Shown here one piece after another: positions 25,571 to 38,325 of a stretch of DNA of 64,000 nucleotides. The stretch comes from an uncultured Actinomycetes bacterium. GTDB lineage: Bacteria > Actinomycetota > Thermoleophilia > Gaiellales > JAICJC01. Location: positions 116,870-180,869 of the forward strand of contig CAVTSO010000025.1 of the NCBI GenBank assembly GCA_963737445.1. Reading direction: 5' to 3'. Each line of letters begins with the position of its first letter. Positions within the stretch are counted from its first letter, which is position 1. The notes beneath the pieces were generated by a model. It searched no databases and was not told the DNA's origin. It saw only the letters and a list, made by a program, of their open reading frames with translations. A program made the position numbers and the translations under genes.

Positions 25571-26352
25571 GGTCGCGGCTGCTCCTGGCGCTGGCGCTGC
25601 TGGTGGCCTCGGGCTGTGGCAGCGGGAGCGGCTCGGGCTCGTCCGGCGGCGGCTCGACGGCTCCCTCACGAGGCAAGCTGGTGGTGTTCGCGGCCTCGTC
25701 GCTGATCGACGCCTTCCCCGAGATCGCGACCACCTACCAGCAGCAGCACCCCGGCTGGAAGGTGGACTTCGAGTTCCTCGGATCCGACCAGCTGGCCGCG
25801 CAGATCGAGCAGGGCGATCCGGCCGACGCCTTCGCTGCGGCCAGCACCAAGTACCCCGAGCAGCTGCAGGGCGAGAACCTGATCGGCAAGACCACCAACT
25901 TCGCGACCAACACCCTGGTGCTGGCCACGCCCGCCGACAACCCGGCCGGGATCACCTCTGTTCACGACATCGGCAACGCCAAGCTGGTGGTGGGCGATCC
26001 GAGCGTGCCGATCGGGGCCTACACCTTGACCGTGCTCGACAACCTGGGCATCAAGCCCTCGTCGCTGAACATCGTCAGCCAGGAGGCCAAGGTCACCGAC
26101 ATCGTCACCAAGCTGGAGCTGGGCGAGGCGGACGCCGGGTTCATTTACACGAGTGACGCCAAGGCCGCCGGCGACAAGCTGAAGACCTTCCAGCTGCCGG
26201 CCTCGGCCCAGGCGATCGCCACCTATCCGATCGGTATCGTGACGGGCTCGAAGAACGCAAAGGCGGCGCAGCAGTGGATCGACCTGGTAATGAGCCCGCA
26301 GGGGCAGCAGGTACTGGTACGCGACGGATTCGGCCCGGCCCCTTCGAGCTGA
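25567..26352 (+). CDS. modA: molybdate ABC transporter substrate-binding lipoprotein ModA
   Basis: 261 aa. Lipobox LLVASGC. ModA-like sequence (VVFAASSLIDAF, GFIYTSDA). Confidence 0.85.
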   Translation: MRSRLLLALALLVASGCGSGSGSGSSGGGSTAPSRGKLVVFAASSLIDAFPEIATTYQQQHPGWKVDFEFLGSDQLAAQIEQGDPADAFAAASTKYPEQLQGENLIGKTTNFATNTLVLATPADNPAGITSVHDIGNAKLVVGDPSVPIGAYTLTVLDNLGIKPSSLNIVSQEAKVTDIVTKLELGEADAGFIYTSDAKAAGDKLKTFQLPASAQAIATYPIGIVTGSKNAKAAQQWIDLVMSPQGQQVLVRDGFGPAPSS

Positions 26353-27119
26353 TCGGGGCGCTGGCCGCCGGGCTGACGCTGTCGTTCCTGCTGCTGCCGC
26401 TGATTGCGATATTCCTGCACGGCGACCTCGCGGCCGGCATCCGCTCCCAGGAGGCGCGCGCCGCTCTGTGGCTGTCGCTGCAGCTGAGCCTGGTGTCGCT
26501 GGCGGTGATGGTGGTGGTCGGCACGCCGCTCGCCTACCTGCTGGCGACCCGCTCCTTTCCCAGCCGCTCGCTGGTGATGACCGCGGTCGAGCTGCCTCTG
26601 GTGCTGCCTCCGGCCGTGGCCGGGATCGGGCTGTTGATGGCGTTCGGGCGGCGTGGCCTGCTCGGCCACCAGCTGGCGGTGGCCGGCATCTCGATCCCGT
26701 TCACGCGGCTGGCGGTGGTGATGGCGATGACCTTCGTCGCCTCACCGCTCTACATCCGCCAGGCCGTGTCGGCCTTCGAGGCGGTCGACACCACGCTGTT
26801 GGAGGCGTCCCGCACGCTGGGCGCGGGCAGCGGCCGCACCTTCCGGCGGGTTGCGCTGCCGCTCGCGGGCAGCGGGCTGGGCGCCGGCATGGCGTTGGGA
26901 TGGGCACGGGCCGTGGGCGAGTTCGGCGCCACCATCATCTTCGCCGGCAGCCTCACGGGCGTTACGCGCACCGCACCGATCGAGATCTACCTGGGCCTGT
27001 CCGACAACCTGGACGCCGGGCTGGCCACCGCCGCGGTGCTGATCGCCGCCAGCGGCGGCGTGCTTCTGACCGTCAAGCTGCTCGGCGTTGGGAGGGCACG
27101 GCGCTTCACGCCTCTGTGA
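26274..27119 (+). CDS. modB: molybdate ABC transporter permease ModB
   Basis: Track ORF of 281 aa with an EAA-loop region (LLEASRTLGAGSGRTFRRVALPL). The annotated ATG overlaps modA by 79 nt, so the real start may lie further downstream. Confidence 0.8.
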   Translation: MDRPGNEPAGAAGTGTRRIRPGPFELIGALAAGLTLSFLLLPLIAIFLHGDLAAGIRSQEARAALWLSLQLSLVSLAVMVVVGTPLAYLLATRSFPSRSLVMTAVELPLVLPPAVAGIGLLMAFGRRGLLGHQLAVAGISIPFTRLAVVMAMTFVASPLYIRQAVSAFEAVDTTLLEASRTLGAGSGRTFRRVALPLAGSGLGAGMALGWARAVGEFGATIIFAGSLTGVTRTAPIEIYLGLSDNLDAGLATAAVLIAASGGVLLTVKLLGVGRARRFTPL

Positions 27120-28105
27120 CACGTGAGCTGCGCAGCTTCACGCTGCACGTTGAGCTCGACGTCGACGGCGTGCTGGCCGTCGTCGGTCCTTCCGGTGCCG
27201 GCAAGTCGACGCTGCTACGCCTGATCGCCGGGCTCGACGCGCCCTCACACGGCCGCATCGAGTGCGACGGCGACCTCTGGTTTGGCGACGGGCGCGATCT
27301 GCCGCCGGAGCGGCGCCGCTGCGGGTTCGTGTTCCAGGACTACGCGCTGTTCCCGCACATGACGGTGCGCCAGAACGTCGCCTACGGCGCCGACGGCACG
27401 GACATCGATCCACTGCTCGAGCGGGTCGGGATCGGGCATCTGGCGGCCGCCCGCCCGCCGCGGCTGTCCGGCGGCGAGCGGCAGCGGGTGGCGCTGGCGC
27501 GGGCGCTCGCGCTGCAGCCGCAGGCGCTGTTGCTCGACGAGCCACTGTCGGCGCTCGATCCGGCCACGCGTGGTGCGGTCGCCGCGGAGTTGGCCGTGGT
27601 GCTGCGGGAGGCGGCGGTGCCTGCCATCGTCGTCACGCATGCCTACGACGAGGCGGTGTCGCTGGCCGGCCGGGTGGCCGTGATCGAGCAGGGGCGGATG
27701 GTGCAGGAGGGCACGCCACGCGAGCTGCTTGAGGCGCCCCTGACCTCGTTCGTCGCGGAGTTCGCCGGCACCAACTACCTGCCGGGGATGGCGTCCGGCG
27801 GCCAGGTGCACCTCGACCGCGGCGGCTCGGTGCGGATCGCCGGCGATGCATCCGGGCGGGTTGCGGTGCTGGTCGCCCCCTGGGAGATCACGCTCTCGCT
27901 GGCCCCGGTCGACGACTCGGCGCAGAACCATATCGCCGGCGCGATCGAGCGGGTGGTGCCGATGGGAAACCGGGTGCGCGTTACCATCGACGGTATCGCC
28001 GTCGAGATCACCCCCGAGTCGGCGGAGCGGCTGGCGCTCCAGCCGGGGGTGCGGGTGATCGCCTCGTGGAAGGCCACCAGCACCAGGATCCTCGCCACCG
28101 GATAG
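27116..28105 (+). CDS. modC: molybdate ABC transporter ATP-binding protein ModC (with C-terminal TOBE domain)
   Basis: C-terminal 329 codons of track ORF 26468..28105. The GTG at 27116 overlaps the modB stop (GTGA). Walker A GPSGAGKST, signature LSGGERQR and Walker B LLLDEP are present. Confidence 0.85.
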   Translation: MTRELRSFTLHVELDVDGVLAVVGPSGAGKSTLLRLIAGLDAPSHGRIECDGDLWFGDGRDLPPERRRCGFVFQDYALFPHMTVRQNVAYGADGTDIDPLLERVGIGHLAAARPPRLSGGERQRVALARALALQPQALLLDEPLSALDPATRGAVAAELAVVLREAAVPAIVVTHAYDEAVSLAGRVAVIEQGRMVQEGTPRELLEAPLTSFVAEFAGTNYLPGMASGGQVHLDRGGSVRIAGDASGRVAVLVAPWEITLSLAPVDDSAQNHIAGAIERVVPMGNRVRVTIDGIAVEITPESAERLALQPGVRVIASWKATSTRILATG

Positions 28106-28115
28106 GGTCGCCCGG

Positions 28116-29087
28116 GTGCGGGTCGTGATCGCGCCGGACAAGCTGAAGGGCACTTACAGCGCCGATCAGGCGGCGCAGGCGCTGGCGCGGGGATGGCGGT
28201 CGCGCAGGCAGGACGATCTGCGGCTGGTGCCGTTGGCCGACGGCGGCGAGGGTACGGCTGCGGCGCTGCTGGCGGCGCGCGGCGGAACGTGGCGCGCGGC
28301 CCCGGCGCACGACGCGCGCGGCCGCCCGGTCACGGCCCGGTACGCGGATCTGGGCGGGGGCCAGGCGGCGCTTGACGTGGCTGAGGCTTGCGGCATGTGG
28401 CGGGTTGCCGACCTGGCGCCGGATCCGCTGGAAGCGACGTCGCTGGGGGCGGGCGAGCTGATCGGCCGGGCGATCGCGGATGGCAGCACGCGGATCGTCG
28501 TCGGCGTCGGCGGCACCGCCAGCACCGACGGCGGCGGGGGCCTGCGGCGGGCGCTGGGGAGCGTTCCGGAGGGCGTGTTGCTGGTGGCCGCACTGGACGT
28601 GGACAACCCGCTGCTGGGCGCGGCCGGCGCAGCGGCGGTGTACGGTCCGCAGAAGGGCGCGAGCCCGCAGCAGGTGGCCGAGCTGGAGCGGCGCCTGGCG
28701 GCCCTTCAGCTGGCATCGGCGGGACGGCCCGGGGCCGGCGCCGGCGGTGGGATCGGCGCGATGCTGATGGAGCTGGGAGCCGAGGCGGTGCCCGGCGCCG
28801 GGCTGGTGCTGGACGAGGTGGGCTTCGACCGAGCCCTGGCCGGGGCCGAGCTCTGCATCACCGGCGAGGGCAGGATCGACGGCCAGACGCTGCGGGGCAA
28901 GGTGGTGTCGGCGGTGGCGCAGCGCTGCCGCAGCGCCGGTGTGACCTGCCTAGCCGTGGGCGGCATTGTCGAGCCTGAGGCGGCCGCCGCGCTCGCGGAA
29001 CTGGGCGCCGGCACCCTGCAGCAGGGCGACCTCGAGGCGGCCGGCGCCGAGCTGGCGGCGAGGTTACTGCGCGGTGGCCGGCTGTGA
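28116..29087 (+). CDS. glycerate kinase
   Basis: 323 aa. MRVVIAPDKLKGTYSA...VPLADGGEGT is the glycerate kinase N-terminal signature. Confidence 0.75.
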   Translation: MRVVIAPDKLKGTYSADQAAQALARGWRSRRQDDLRLVPLADGGEGTAAALLAARGGTWRAAPAHDARGRPVTARYADLGGGQAALDVAEACGMWRVADLAPDPLEATSLGAGELIGRAIADGSTRIVVGVGGTASTDGGGGLRRALGSVPEGVLLVAALDVDNPLLGAAGAAAVYGPQKGASPQQVAELERRLAALQLASAGRPGAGAGGGIGAMLMELGAEAVPGAGLVLDEVGFDRALAGAELCITGEGRIDGQTLRGKVVSAVAQRCRSAGVTCLAVGGIVEPEAAAALAELGAGTLQQGDLEAAGAELAARLLRGGRL

Positions 29088-30005
29088 CGCCGGAGCCGGC
29101 AGCGTGAACCCGCCCAGCTTCTCCAGCACCGCGATCCGGTCCTCCAGCGGCGGGTGTGTGTCGAACATCCCGCCCAGGCTGGAGCGCAGCCCCTTGTGGT
29201 CGCGCAGCGGCGACTCGATGTAGAGGTGCGCCGTGGCGCGCGTGACCGTGTGCAGCGGCTGCGTGTCGTCGCGTAGCGTGGCCAGCGCCATCGCCAGGCC
29301 CTCGGCATCGCCCGTGATCTCGACAGCGCTGGCGTCGGCCAGGTACTCGCGGCGGCGCGACAGCGACATCTGCAGCAGCGTCGCGCCGACCGGGGCCAGC
29401 ACCGCCGCCACCAGGCCCGCGACCACGCCGATGGCGCCCAGGCCGCCCTCACGCTTGTCGCTGCCGCCGCCGAAGATCGTGATCCGCATCAGCAGGTCGG
29501 AGGCCAGCGCGATCACGCCCACCAGCACCGCGGCCAGGCTCATCAGCCGCACGTCGCGGTTTCGGATGTGCGACACCTCGTGCGCCAGCACGCCCTCCAG
29601 CTCGCGCTTGTCCATCATCTTGGCCAGGCCGGTGGTGACGGCAACGTACGCATGATCCGGGTCTCGTCCGGCCGCGAACGCGTTGGGCGAAGGGTCGTCG
29701 ATCATGTACAGGTCGGGGGTCTTGGCCAGGCCGGCCGCGATACCCACGTTCTCGAGCGCCCGGTACAGCTCCGGCTGCTGCTCCTTGGTGACCTTGTGGG
29801 CGCCGGATGCTGCGGCGATCATGGCACCGGCAGCAAACCACGAGACGATGCCGTAGACGATCGCGATGATGCCGATGAACCCCGCCACGCCGGGCTGGTA
29901 GGCGAAGTAGACGGCGGCCGCGAAGATGCCCACCAGGATCGCGAACCCGAACAGCACGAACGTCGTGCGCACCCGGTTCGCGCGGATCTGCTGCTGCAGC
30001 GTCAT
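29064..30005 (-). CDS. htpX: M48-family zinc metalloprotease HtpX
   Basis: Inner part of track ORF 29064..30092, with the ATG at 30005 (MTLQQQIRANRVRTT). TM helices and the HExxH motif (HEVSHIRNRD) are present. Sits directly downstream of lemA. Confidence 0.85.
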   Translation of the reverse strand: MTLQQQIRANRVRTTFVLFGFAILVGIFAAAVYFAYQPGVAGFIGIIAIVYGIVSWFAAGAMIAAASGAHKVTKEQQPELYRALENVGIAAGLAKTPDLYMIDDPSPNAFAAGRDPDHAYVAVTTGLAKMMDKRELEGVLAHEVSHIRNRDVRLMSLAAVLVGVIALASDLLMRITIFGGGSDKREGGLGAIGVVAGLVAAVLAPVGATLLQMSLSRRREYLADASAVEITGDAEGLAMALATLRDDTQPLHTVTRATAHLYIESPLRDHKGLRSSLGGMFDTHPPLEDRIAVLEKLGGFTLPAPASQPATAQ

Positions 30006-30006
30006 C

Positions 30007-30561
30007 TCACACCGAGACGGCGACGGGGGCGCGGTCGCCGTCGTCGTCGAGCCGGAAGAACTCGCGCGGGCTGAAACCGAAGGTGCCGGCAACCACGCTG
30101 GCGGGGAACGTCTGCTGACCGGTGTTGTAGGCCTGCACGACGGTGTTGTAGTACCGGCGCGCGGCCGCGATCTTGTCCTCGGTGTCGGTCAGCTCGTCCT
30201 GCAGCCGCTTGAAGTTCTCGCTGGCCCGCAGCTGCGGGTAGGCCTCGGCCACGGCGAACAGCCGGCCCAGCGCCGCCCCCGTCTTGCCGGCCGCATCGGC
30301 CGCGCCGGCCACCCCCTGCGCCGACAGCGTGCTGGCCCGGGCCTGTGCCAGCTCCTCGAACAGGCCCGACTCGTGGGCCGCGTAGGCCTTGACCGACTCC
30401 ACTAGGTTGGGGATCAGGTCGGCGCGCCGCTTCAGCTGGATGTCGATCCCCGAGAACCCCTGGTCGGTCTCGTTGCGCAGCCGCACCAGCCGGTTGTAGG
30501 TGTACATCAGCCACCCCAGCACCAGCACGACCAACACGACGGTGACGATCACGACGATCAC
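30007..30561 (-). CDS. lemA: LemA family protein
   Basis: 184 aa. N-terminal TM helix plus LemA-like sequence ([33 protein letters not shown]). Confidence 0.85.
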   Translation of the reverse strand: MIVVIVTVVLVVLVLGWLMYTYNRLVRLRNETDQGFSGIDIQLKRRADLIPNLVESVKAYAAHESGLFEELAQARASTLSAQGVAGAADAAGKTGAALGRLFAVAEAYPQLRASENFKRLQDELTDTEDKIAAARRYYNTVVQAYNTGQQTFPASVVAGTFGFSPREFFRLDDDGDRAPVAVSV

Positions 30562-30638
30562 GAACAGAAGCCTACCGGGCCGGCGCGACTACAATGGTGA
30601 TACCAGAAACGGTTGAATACCAGGCGGGGGGTGCGCAG

Positions 30639-31709
30639 ATGGCTGTCACAAGCGGTTCGCAGATCGAGCAGTTGCTGGGCGACGAGGCGCAGGCGCTGCT
30701 GACGTACGAGGCGCACGGCATCGACAAGGGCCAGCTGCAGCTGCCCGGGCCGGACTTCATCGACCGGGTGTGGATGGACTCCGACCGCCCGGTGCCGGTG
30801 CTCCGCAACCTCGGCCAGCTGTTCGCGACCGGCCGGCTGGGCGGCAGCGGGTACCTGTCGATCCTGCCCGTCGACCAGGGCATCGAGCACTCCGCCGCGG
30901 CCTCCTTCGCGAAGAACCCCGCGTACTTCGACCCGCGTAACCTGGTCGAGCTGGCCATCGAGGGCGGCTGCAACGCCATCGCCACCACCTTCGGCGTGCT
31001 GGGCATGGAGGCGCGCCGCTACGCGCACCGCATCCCGTTCATCGTCAAGCTCAACCACAACCAGCTGATGACCTATCCCAACGAGTTCGACCAGATCATG
31101 TTCGGCTCGGTGCGCCAGGCGTACGAGCTGGGCGCGATCGGGGTCGGTGCGACGGTCTACTTCGGCTCGGAGCAATCCAGCCGCCAGATCATCGAGGTCT
31201 CCGAGGCCTTCGAGGAGGCGCACGCGCTGGGCATGTTCACGGTGCTCTGGTGCTACCTGCGCAACTCAGCCTTCAAGACCGAGAATGGCGACTACGCCGT
31301 ATCGGCCGATCTCACCGGCCAGGCCAACCACCTGGGCGTCACCATCCAGGCCGACATCATCAAGCAGAAGCAGCCGGAGCGAAACGGCGGCTACCTCGCC
31401 TTCAAGGGCTACGGCAAGACCGATCCACTGGTCTACGACAAGCTCACCACCGACAACCCGATCGACATGACGCGCTGGCAGGTTGTGAACACCTACATGG
31501 GCCGGGTGCCGCTGATCAACTCCGGCGGCGAGTCGGCCGGCGCGTCCGACCTGGCCCAGGCGGTGCGCACGGCCGTGATCAACAAACGCGCCGGCGGCGC
31601 GGGGCTGATCGTCGGCCGCAAGGCCTTCCAGCGGCCGCTGGCGGATGGCGTGGCACTGCTGAACGCGGTCCAGGACGTCTACCTGGACGAGTCGATCACG
31701 CCGGCATAG
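30639..31709 (+). CDS. fbaB: class I fructose-bisphosphate aldolase (FbaB type)
   Basis: Inner part of track ORF 30594..31709, with the ATG at 30639. The sequence appears near-colinear with E. coli FbaB as I recall it ([85 protein letters not shown]). Confidence 0.85.
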   Translation: MAVTSGSQIEQLLGDEAQALLTYEAHGIDKGQLQLPGPDFIDRVWMDSDRPVPVLRNLGQLFATGRLGGSGYLSILPVDQGIEHSAAASFAKNPAYFDPRNLVELAIEGGCNAIATTFGVLGMEARRYAHRIPFIVKLNHNQLMTYPNEFDQIMFGSVRQAYELGAIGVGATVYFGSEQSSRQIIEVSEAFEEAHALGMFTVLWCYLRNSAFKTENGDYAVSADLTGQANHLGVTIQADIIKQKQPERNGGYLAFKGYGKTDPLVYDKLTTDNPIDMTRWQVVNTYMGRVPLINSGGESAGASDLAQAVRTAVINKRAGGAGLIVGRKAFQRPLADGVALLNAVQDVYLDESITPA

Positions 31710-32676
31710 TCTCGGCGGCGTCAACCTGCATGGCCGCGCCGATCGCGCCGCCGAGGTCGCCCAGCTCGGCGAGGACCACCTTCGGCGGGTCGTGGTCAAC
31801 GAACAGGTGGGGCAGCATCTGCTCGCGGATCCTCGCCACGTAAGGCTCGCCCAGCCGTGAACCGAGGCCGCCACCGATCACAACGGCCTCGAAGTCGATC
31901 AGGTTGACGGCGGAGGCGATGCCCGCGGCGAGCGCAGCGATGGCCCGCTCGATCAGCTCCTCGGCCATCGCGTCCCCGTCCTCCAGCGCACGGGCCCAGA
32001 CGCCGCTCGAGAGCGTGTCGCGCTCGCGCTTCTCCATGATCTTGAACAGGTCGGTGTGGTGGCCCTTCTCGTGCAGCCCCCGGGCGTGCAGCTCCATCGC
32101 CTTGCGACCGGCGTAGGCCTCGACGCAGCCGTTTCGGCCGCACGTGCAGCGCGCGCCGTTCAGCTTCACGACCGTGTGGCCGAACTCGCCGGCGGCACCT
32201 CGTCCCTCCCAAGGCTCGTGGTTGAGGATGATGCCGCTGCCGACACCCGTGCCCCAGAACACGCCCAGCAGCGATGCGTGACCCCGGCCCGCACCCAGGC
32301 GGGCCTCCGCCAGCGTGGCCACGTCCACATCGTTGCCCAGCCGCACGCGCGCTCCGCCCAGCGGCCCGCCGACGGCGTTCGCCAGCGGGAAGCTGCCCGT
32401 CCAGTCGGGGGTGACGTTGCGGGCCTGAGTGACGGTGCCGGCCTCGTCATCGGCCACGCCGGGTGAGCCGATGCCGATGCCCTCGAGCCTGCTTGCCTCC
32501 GCTCCGGCCTCCTCCAGCGCCTCACGGATCGCCGCAACGATGCCGTCGGCGACCCCCTGCGGCCCGCCATCCTTGGGAGTGGGGTGGCGGGCCTGTCCCA
32601 GCACCGTGTGCTGGTCGTCGGTCACCACGGACTGGATCTTGGTGCCGCCCAGGTCGACACCGGCGCGCAGAGGCAT
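31696..32676 (-). CDS. ROK-family glucokinase
   Basis: Inner part of track ORF 31696..32703, with the ATG at 32676 ([14 protein letters not shown]). Carries the ROK zinc motif [12 protein letters not shown]. Confidence 0.8.
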   Translation of the reverse strand: MPLRAGVDLGGTKIQSVVTDDQHTVLGQARHPTPKDGGPQGVADGIVAAIREALEEAGAEASRLEGIGIGSPGVADDEAGTVTQARNVTPDWTGSFPLANAVGGPLGGARVRLGNDVDVATLAEARLGAGRGHASLLGVFWGTGVGSGIILNHEPWEGRGAAGEFGHTVVKLNGARCTCGRNGCVEAYAGRKAMELHARGLHEKGHHTDLFKIMEKRERDTLSSGVWARALEDGDAMAEELIERAIAALAAGIASAVNLIDFEAVVIGGGLGSRLGEPYVARIREQMLPHLFVDHDPPKVVLAELGDLGGAIGAAMQVDAAETMPA

Positions 32677-32791
32677 GAACTGGCTCCCTTCGGGGAACCT
32701 CAATCTAGCCGACCGCTCGCCGTCCCAGACGTTGCGGGGGCCGGTGATAACGTCTCACCGCCAGCCGGTTTTTTGAGACCTCCTAAGGAGC

Positions 32792-34782
<1,991 letters not shown>

Positions 34783-34786
<4 letters not shown>

Positions 34787-35880
34787 CCAGGCTGCACGAG
34801 CTCGCGGCCGCGGGCACCAGCCCGTGGCTCGACAACATCCGCCGGAGCTGGCTCGGCTCGGGCACGTTCCGGCAGTGGGTGGACGACGGGGTGGTGGGGG
34901 TCACGTCAAACCCGACCATCTTCCAGAAGGCGATCGCCGACTCCGACGACTACGACGACGCGCTCGCGGCCGCCGCGGCGCCCGGCAAGGATCCCGGCGA
35001 CGTCTTCTTCGAGCTGGCGATCGCCGACGTCCAGGACGCGGCCGACCAACTGCGCGGCGTGTACGACGCGACCGGCCACCTGGACGGCTTCGTCTCGTTC
35101 GAGCTGCCGCCGTCGATGGCCAATGACACGGCTGCCTCGACCAGGGCCACGCCGGAGTTCTGGGAGCGGATCGACCGGCCCAACATCTTCATCAAGATCC
35201 CGGGGACGGCTGAGGGCGTGCCCGCCATCGAGGAGTCGATCGCCGCGGGCATCAACGTCAACGTGACGCTGCTGTTCTCGCTGGCCAACTACGAGGCGAT
35301 CCACTGGGCCTTCATCCGCGGGCTGGAGCGACGGGTGCAGCAGGGGCAGCTGATCGACGACGTGCACTCGGTGGCCAGCTTCTTCGTCTCGCGGGTGGAC
35401 ACGGCGGTTGATGCGATCCTGCCCGAGGGATCGCCGCTGCGCGGAAAGGCGGCCATCGCCAACGCCAAGCTGGCCTACCAGCGCTACCTCGAGATCAAGG
35501 CGGACGACCGCTGGCAGGCGCTGGCGGCACACGGCGCCCGCGTGCAGCGCCCGCTGTGGGCCTCCACCGGCACCAAGAACCCGGCCTACTCGGATGTTCT
35601 CTACATCGACAACCTGATCGGGCCCGAGTGTGTGAACACGATGCCGGACCCGACCATCGCCGCGTTCATGGACCACGGGGTGGTGGAGCGCACGGTCGAC
35701 AGGGATGTCGATCAGGCCCGCCGGGAGCTCGAGCGGCTGCAGGAGGCTGGCATCGATCTCGACGACGTCACCCGCCGCCTGGAGCTGGACGGCGTCAGGT
35801 CGTTCTCGGACTCGTTCGACTCGCTGGTGGGGACGCTGCGGGAGCGGCTCGACCGGATCGGTGCCTGCGGCGCGGCCTGA
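34783..35880 (+). CDS. tal: transaldolase (actinobacterial long type)
   Basis: C-terminal 365 codons of track ORF 34276..35880. Its ATG overlaps the tkt stop (ATGA). [18 protein letters not shown] and FIKIPGT are present. Confidence 0.9.
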
Positions 35881-35914
35881 GTGCCCGCCGACGTGCGATA
35901 CCAAGGAAGGTGAC

Positions 35915-36811
35915 ATGGAACTGGCAATGATCGGCCTTGGCCGGATGGGCGGGAACATGGCGCGCCGCCTTTCCGATGCCGGCCACACGGTGGTGGGCTG
36001 GACGCGCAGCGGCGATGAGTCGCTGGAGAAGCAGTACGGGATCAGCTGGGCGGGGACGCTCGAGGGCGCCGTGGCCGCCCTCAAGCAGCGCCCGCGCGTG
36101 GTCTGGCTGATGATCCCGGCGGGTCCCCCGACATCGGCCACGGTCACGCAGCTGACCGGGCTGCTGGAGGCCGACGACATCGTTGTCGACGGAGGCAACT
36201 CGAACTTCCGCGACTCCCAGCAACACGCGGCGACGCTGGCGGAGCACGGCATCGAGTTCATGGACTGCGGTACCTCCGGTGGCATCTGGGGTTACGCGAA
36301 CGGCTACTGCCTGATGATGGGTGGAAGCGACGCCGCGGTGGCCACGCTGGCGCCCGCCTTCGAGACGCTGGCGCCGCCCGACGGATGGCTGCACACCGGA
36401 CCGGTCGGGTCCGGGCACTTCACGAAGATGGTGCACAACGGCATCGAGTACGGGCTGATGCAGGCCTACGGCGAGGGTTTCGAGATCCTCGAGAAGAGCG
36501 AGTTCGATCTCGACCTGCCGGCCACCGCCGAGGTCTGGCGGCACAGCTCGGTGATCCAGTCGTGGCTGCTCGACCTGCTGGCGCGGGCGCTGGCCGAGGA
36601 TCCCAAGCTGGAGCACATCAAGGGCTACGTGGACGACTCCGGCGAGGGCCGCTGGACGGTGATGGAGGCGATCAACGAGAGCGTGGCCGCCCCCGCCATC
36701 GCGATCGCGCTGATGGCGCGCTTCACGTCCCGTGACCCCGATCCGTTTGCCATGAAGGCGATCGCGGCGCTGCGCAACCAGTTCGGCGGCCACGCAGTGG
36801 TGCGCGAGTGA
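35915..36811 (+). CDS. gnd: 6-phosphogluconate dehydrogenase, decarboxylating (short Gnd-like form)
   Basis: Inner part of track ORF 35705..36811. The ATG at 35915 follows AAGGAAGG. MIGLGRMGGNMARRL and GSGHFTKMVHNGIEYGLMQAYGEG are present. Confidence 0.85.
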   Translation: MELAMIGLGRMGGNMARRLSDAGHTVVGWTRSGDESLEKQYGISWAGTLEGAVAALKQRPRVVWLMIPAGPPTSATVTQLTGLLEADDIVVDGGNSNFRDSQQHAATLAEHGIEFMDCGTSGGIWGYANGYCLMMGGSDAAVATLAPAFETLAPPDGWLHTGPVGSGHFTKMVHNGIEYGLMQAYGEGFEILEKSEFDLDLPATAEVWRHSSVIQSWLLDLLARALAEDPKLEHIKGYVDDSGEGRWTVMEAINESVAAPAIAIALMARFTSRDPDPFAMKAIAALRNQFGGHAVVRE

Positions 36812-38325
36812 GCCCACGCGCACGGCCTGAGGACAACCCGCTGCGTGAGGGCCTGCGGGTCGGCGGAGCCAGCGAGCCGGCGCTGTTCACGATCTTTGGG
36901 GCGACCGGCGACCTGGCTCAGCGAAAGCTGCTGCCGGCCATCTACAACCTTGCCAAGCGCGGCCTGCTGCCACCCCGCTTCGGGGTGATCGGCTACGCGC
37001 GCACCGACATGGGCGACGAGGCCTTTCGCCGCTTCGCCAAGGGCGCGATCGAGGCCCACTCGCGCACGCCCATCGACGAGCGCTTCTGGCCGGCGTTCGC
37101 CTCGATGCTGCACTACCACGCCGGCGGCTTCGACGATTCATCGCACTTCCACGCGCTGGCCCGGACGATCGAGGGGCTGGACGAGCAGGTCGGTGGCGGC
37201 GCCCACCGCGTGTTCTACCTGTCCACGCCGTCCAGCTTCTTCCCCGTGATCGTGAAGGGCCTGGGCGCGGCCAAGCTGAACCGGCCCACCGACCTCGTCC
37301 GGGTCGTGATCGAGAAGCCGTTCGGCCACGACCTGCAAAGCGCGCGCGCTCTGGCCGAGACCGTGCACCGTTCGTTTCACGAGCGCCAGGTCTACCGGAT
37401 CGACCACTACCTGGGGAAGGAGACCGTCCAGAACATCTACGCGTTCCGGTTCGCCAACGCCATCTTCGAGCCGATCTGGAGCAACTCGTACGTCGACCAC
37501 GTGCAGATCACGGTGGCCGAGTCGCTGGGCGTCGAGCACCGGGCCGCCTTTTACGAGGAGACCGGCGTCGTCCGCGACATCGTCCAGAACCACCTGCTGC
37601 AGGTGATGGCGCTGGTGGCGATGGAGCCGCCCGCCGCCTTCGAGCCGGAGTCCGTGCGCGACGAGAAGGCGAAGGCGCTGCGCGCAACGCGGCCGATGGT
37701 GTTCCCCGATTCGGTGCGCGGCCAGTACGGCAGTGGCTACGTGGCCGGCGAGGAGGTGCTCGACTACCACCAGGAGCCGAACCTGCCGGCCGACTCGAAC
37801 ACGCCCACGTACATCGCCGCCAAGCTCGAGATCGACAACTGGCGCTGGGCCGGGACGCCCTTCTACGTCCGCACGGGAAAGCGCCTGGCCAAGCGCGTGA
37901 CCGAGGTTGCGGTGCAGTTCAAGCGGCCGCCGCACCTGCCGTTCTCGCGCGAGGCGGCGGAGCATCTCGAGGCTAACTCGCTGGTGCTGCGGATCCAGCC
38001 GGACGAGGGCATCTCGCTGCGGTTCGGAGCCAAGGCGCCGACGCCGACGCTCTCGATCCGCAGCGTGAACATGGACTTCCAGTACGGCTCCTCGTTTCTG
38101 GCTGACGTGCCCGAGGCCTACGAGACGCTGCTCTTGGATGCGATCCGCGGCGACAGCACCCTGTTCACGCGGCAGGACAGCGTTGAGCGTTCGTGGGAGA
38201 TCTGCGATCCGCTGATCGAGCAGTGGCAGACCGGCCAGCCGCAGGCCTACGCGTCGGGCTCCTGGGGGCCGGACGCCGCCGACGAGCTGCTGGCACGCGA
38301 CGGGCGGCGGTGGAGGCGGCCGTGA
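36808..38325 (+). CDS. zwf: glucose-6-phosphate dehydrogenase
   Basis: 505 aa. FGATGDLAQRKLLPA and the active-site motif RIDHYLGKE are present. Overlaps the gnd stop. Confidence 0.9.
   Translation: MSPRARPEDNPLREGLRVGGASEPALFTIFGATGDLAQRKLLPAIYNLAKRGLLPPRFGVIGYARTDMGDEAFRRFAKGAIEAHSRTPIDERFWPAFASMLHYHAGGFDDSSHFHALARTIEGLDEQVGGGAHRVFYLSTPSSFFPVIVKGLGAAKLNRPTDLVRVVIEKPFGHDLQSARALAETVHRSFHERQVYRIDHYLGKETVQNIYAFRFANAIFEPIWSNSYVDHVQITVAESLGVEHRAAFYEETGVVRDIVQNHLLQVMALVAMEPPAAFEPESVRDEKAKALRATRPMVFPDSVRGQYGSGYVAGEEVLDYHQEPNLPADSNTPTYIAAKLEIDNWRWAGTPFYVRTGKRLAKRVTEVAVQFKRPPHLPFSREAAEHLEANSLVLRIQPDEGISLRFGAKAPTPTLSIRSVNMDFQYGSSFLADVPEAYETLLLDAIRGDSTLFTRQDSVERSWEICDPLIEQWQTGQPQAYASGSWGPDAADELLARDGRRWRRP

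Noticed and set aside
26468-28105. N-terminally extended track ORFs (545 aa at 26468..28105; likewise 534 aa at 34276..35880, 555 aa at 57743..59410, 520 aa at 38342..39904, 1184 aa at 50027..53581)
   Set aside because: In each case only the C-terminal part is homologous to a known family. That part begins at an ATG or GTG overlapping the upstream gene's stop codon. The extension overlaps the upstream gene in another frame.
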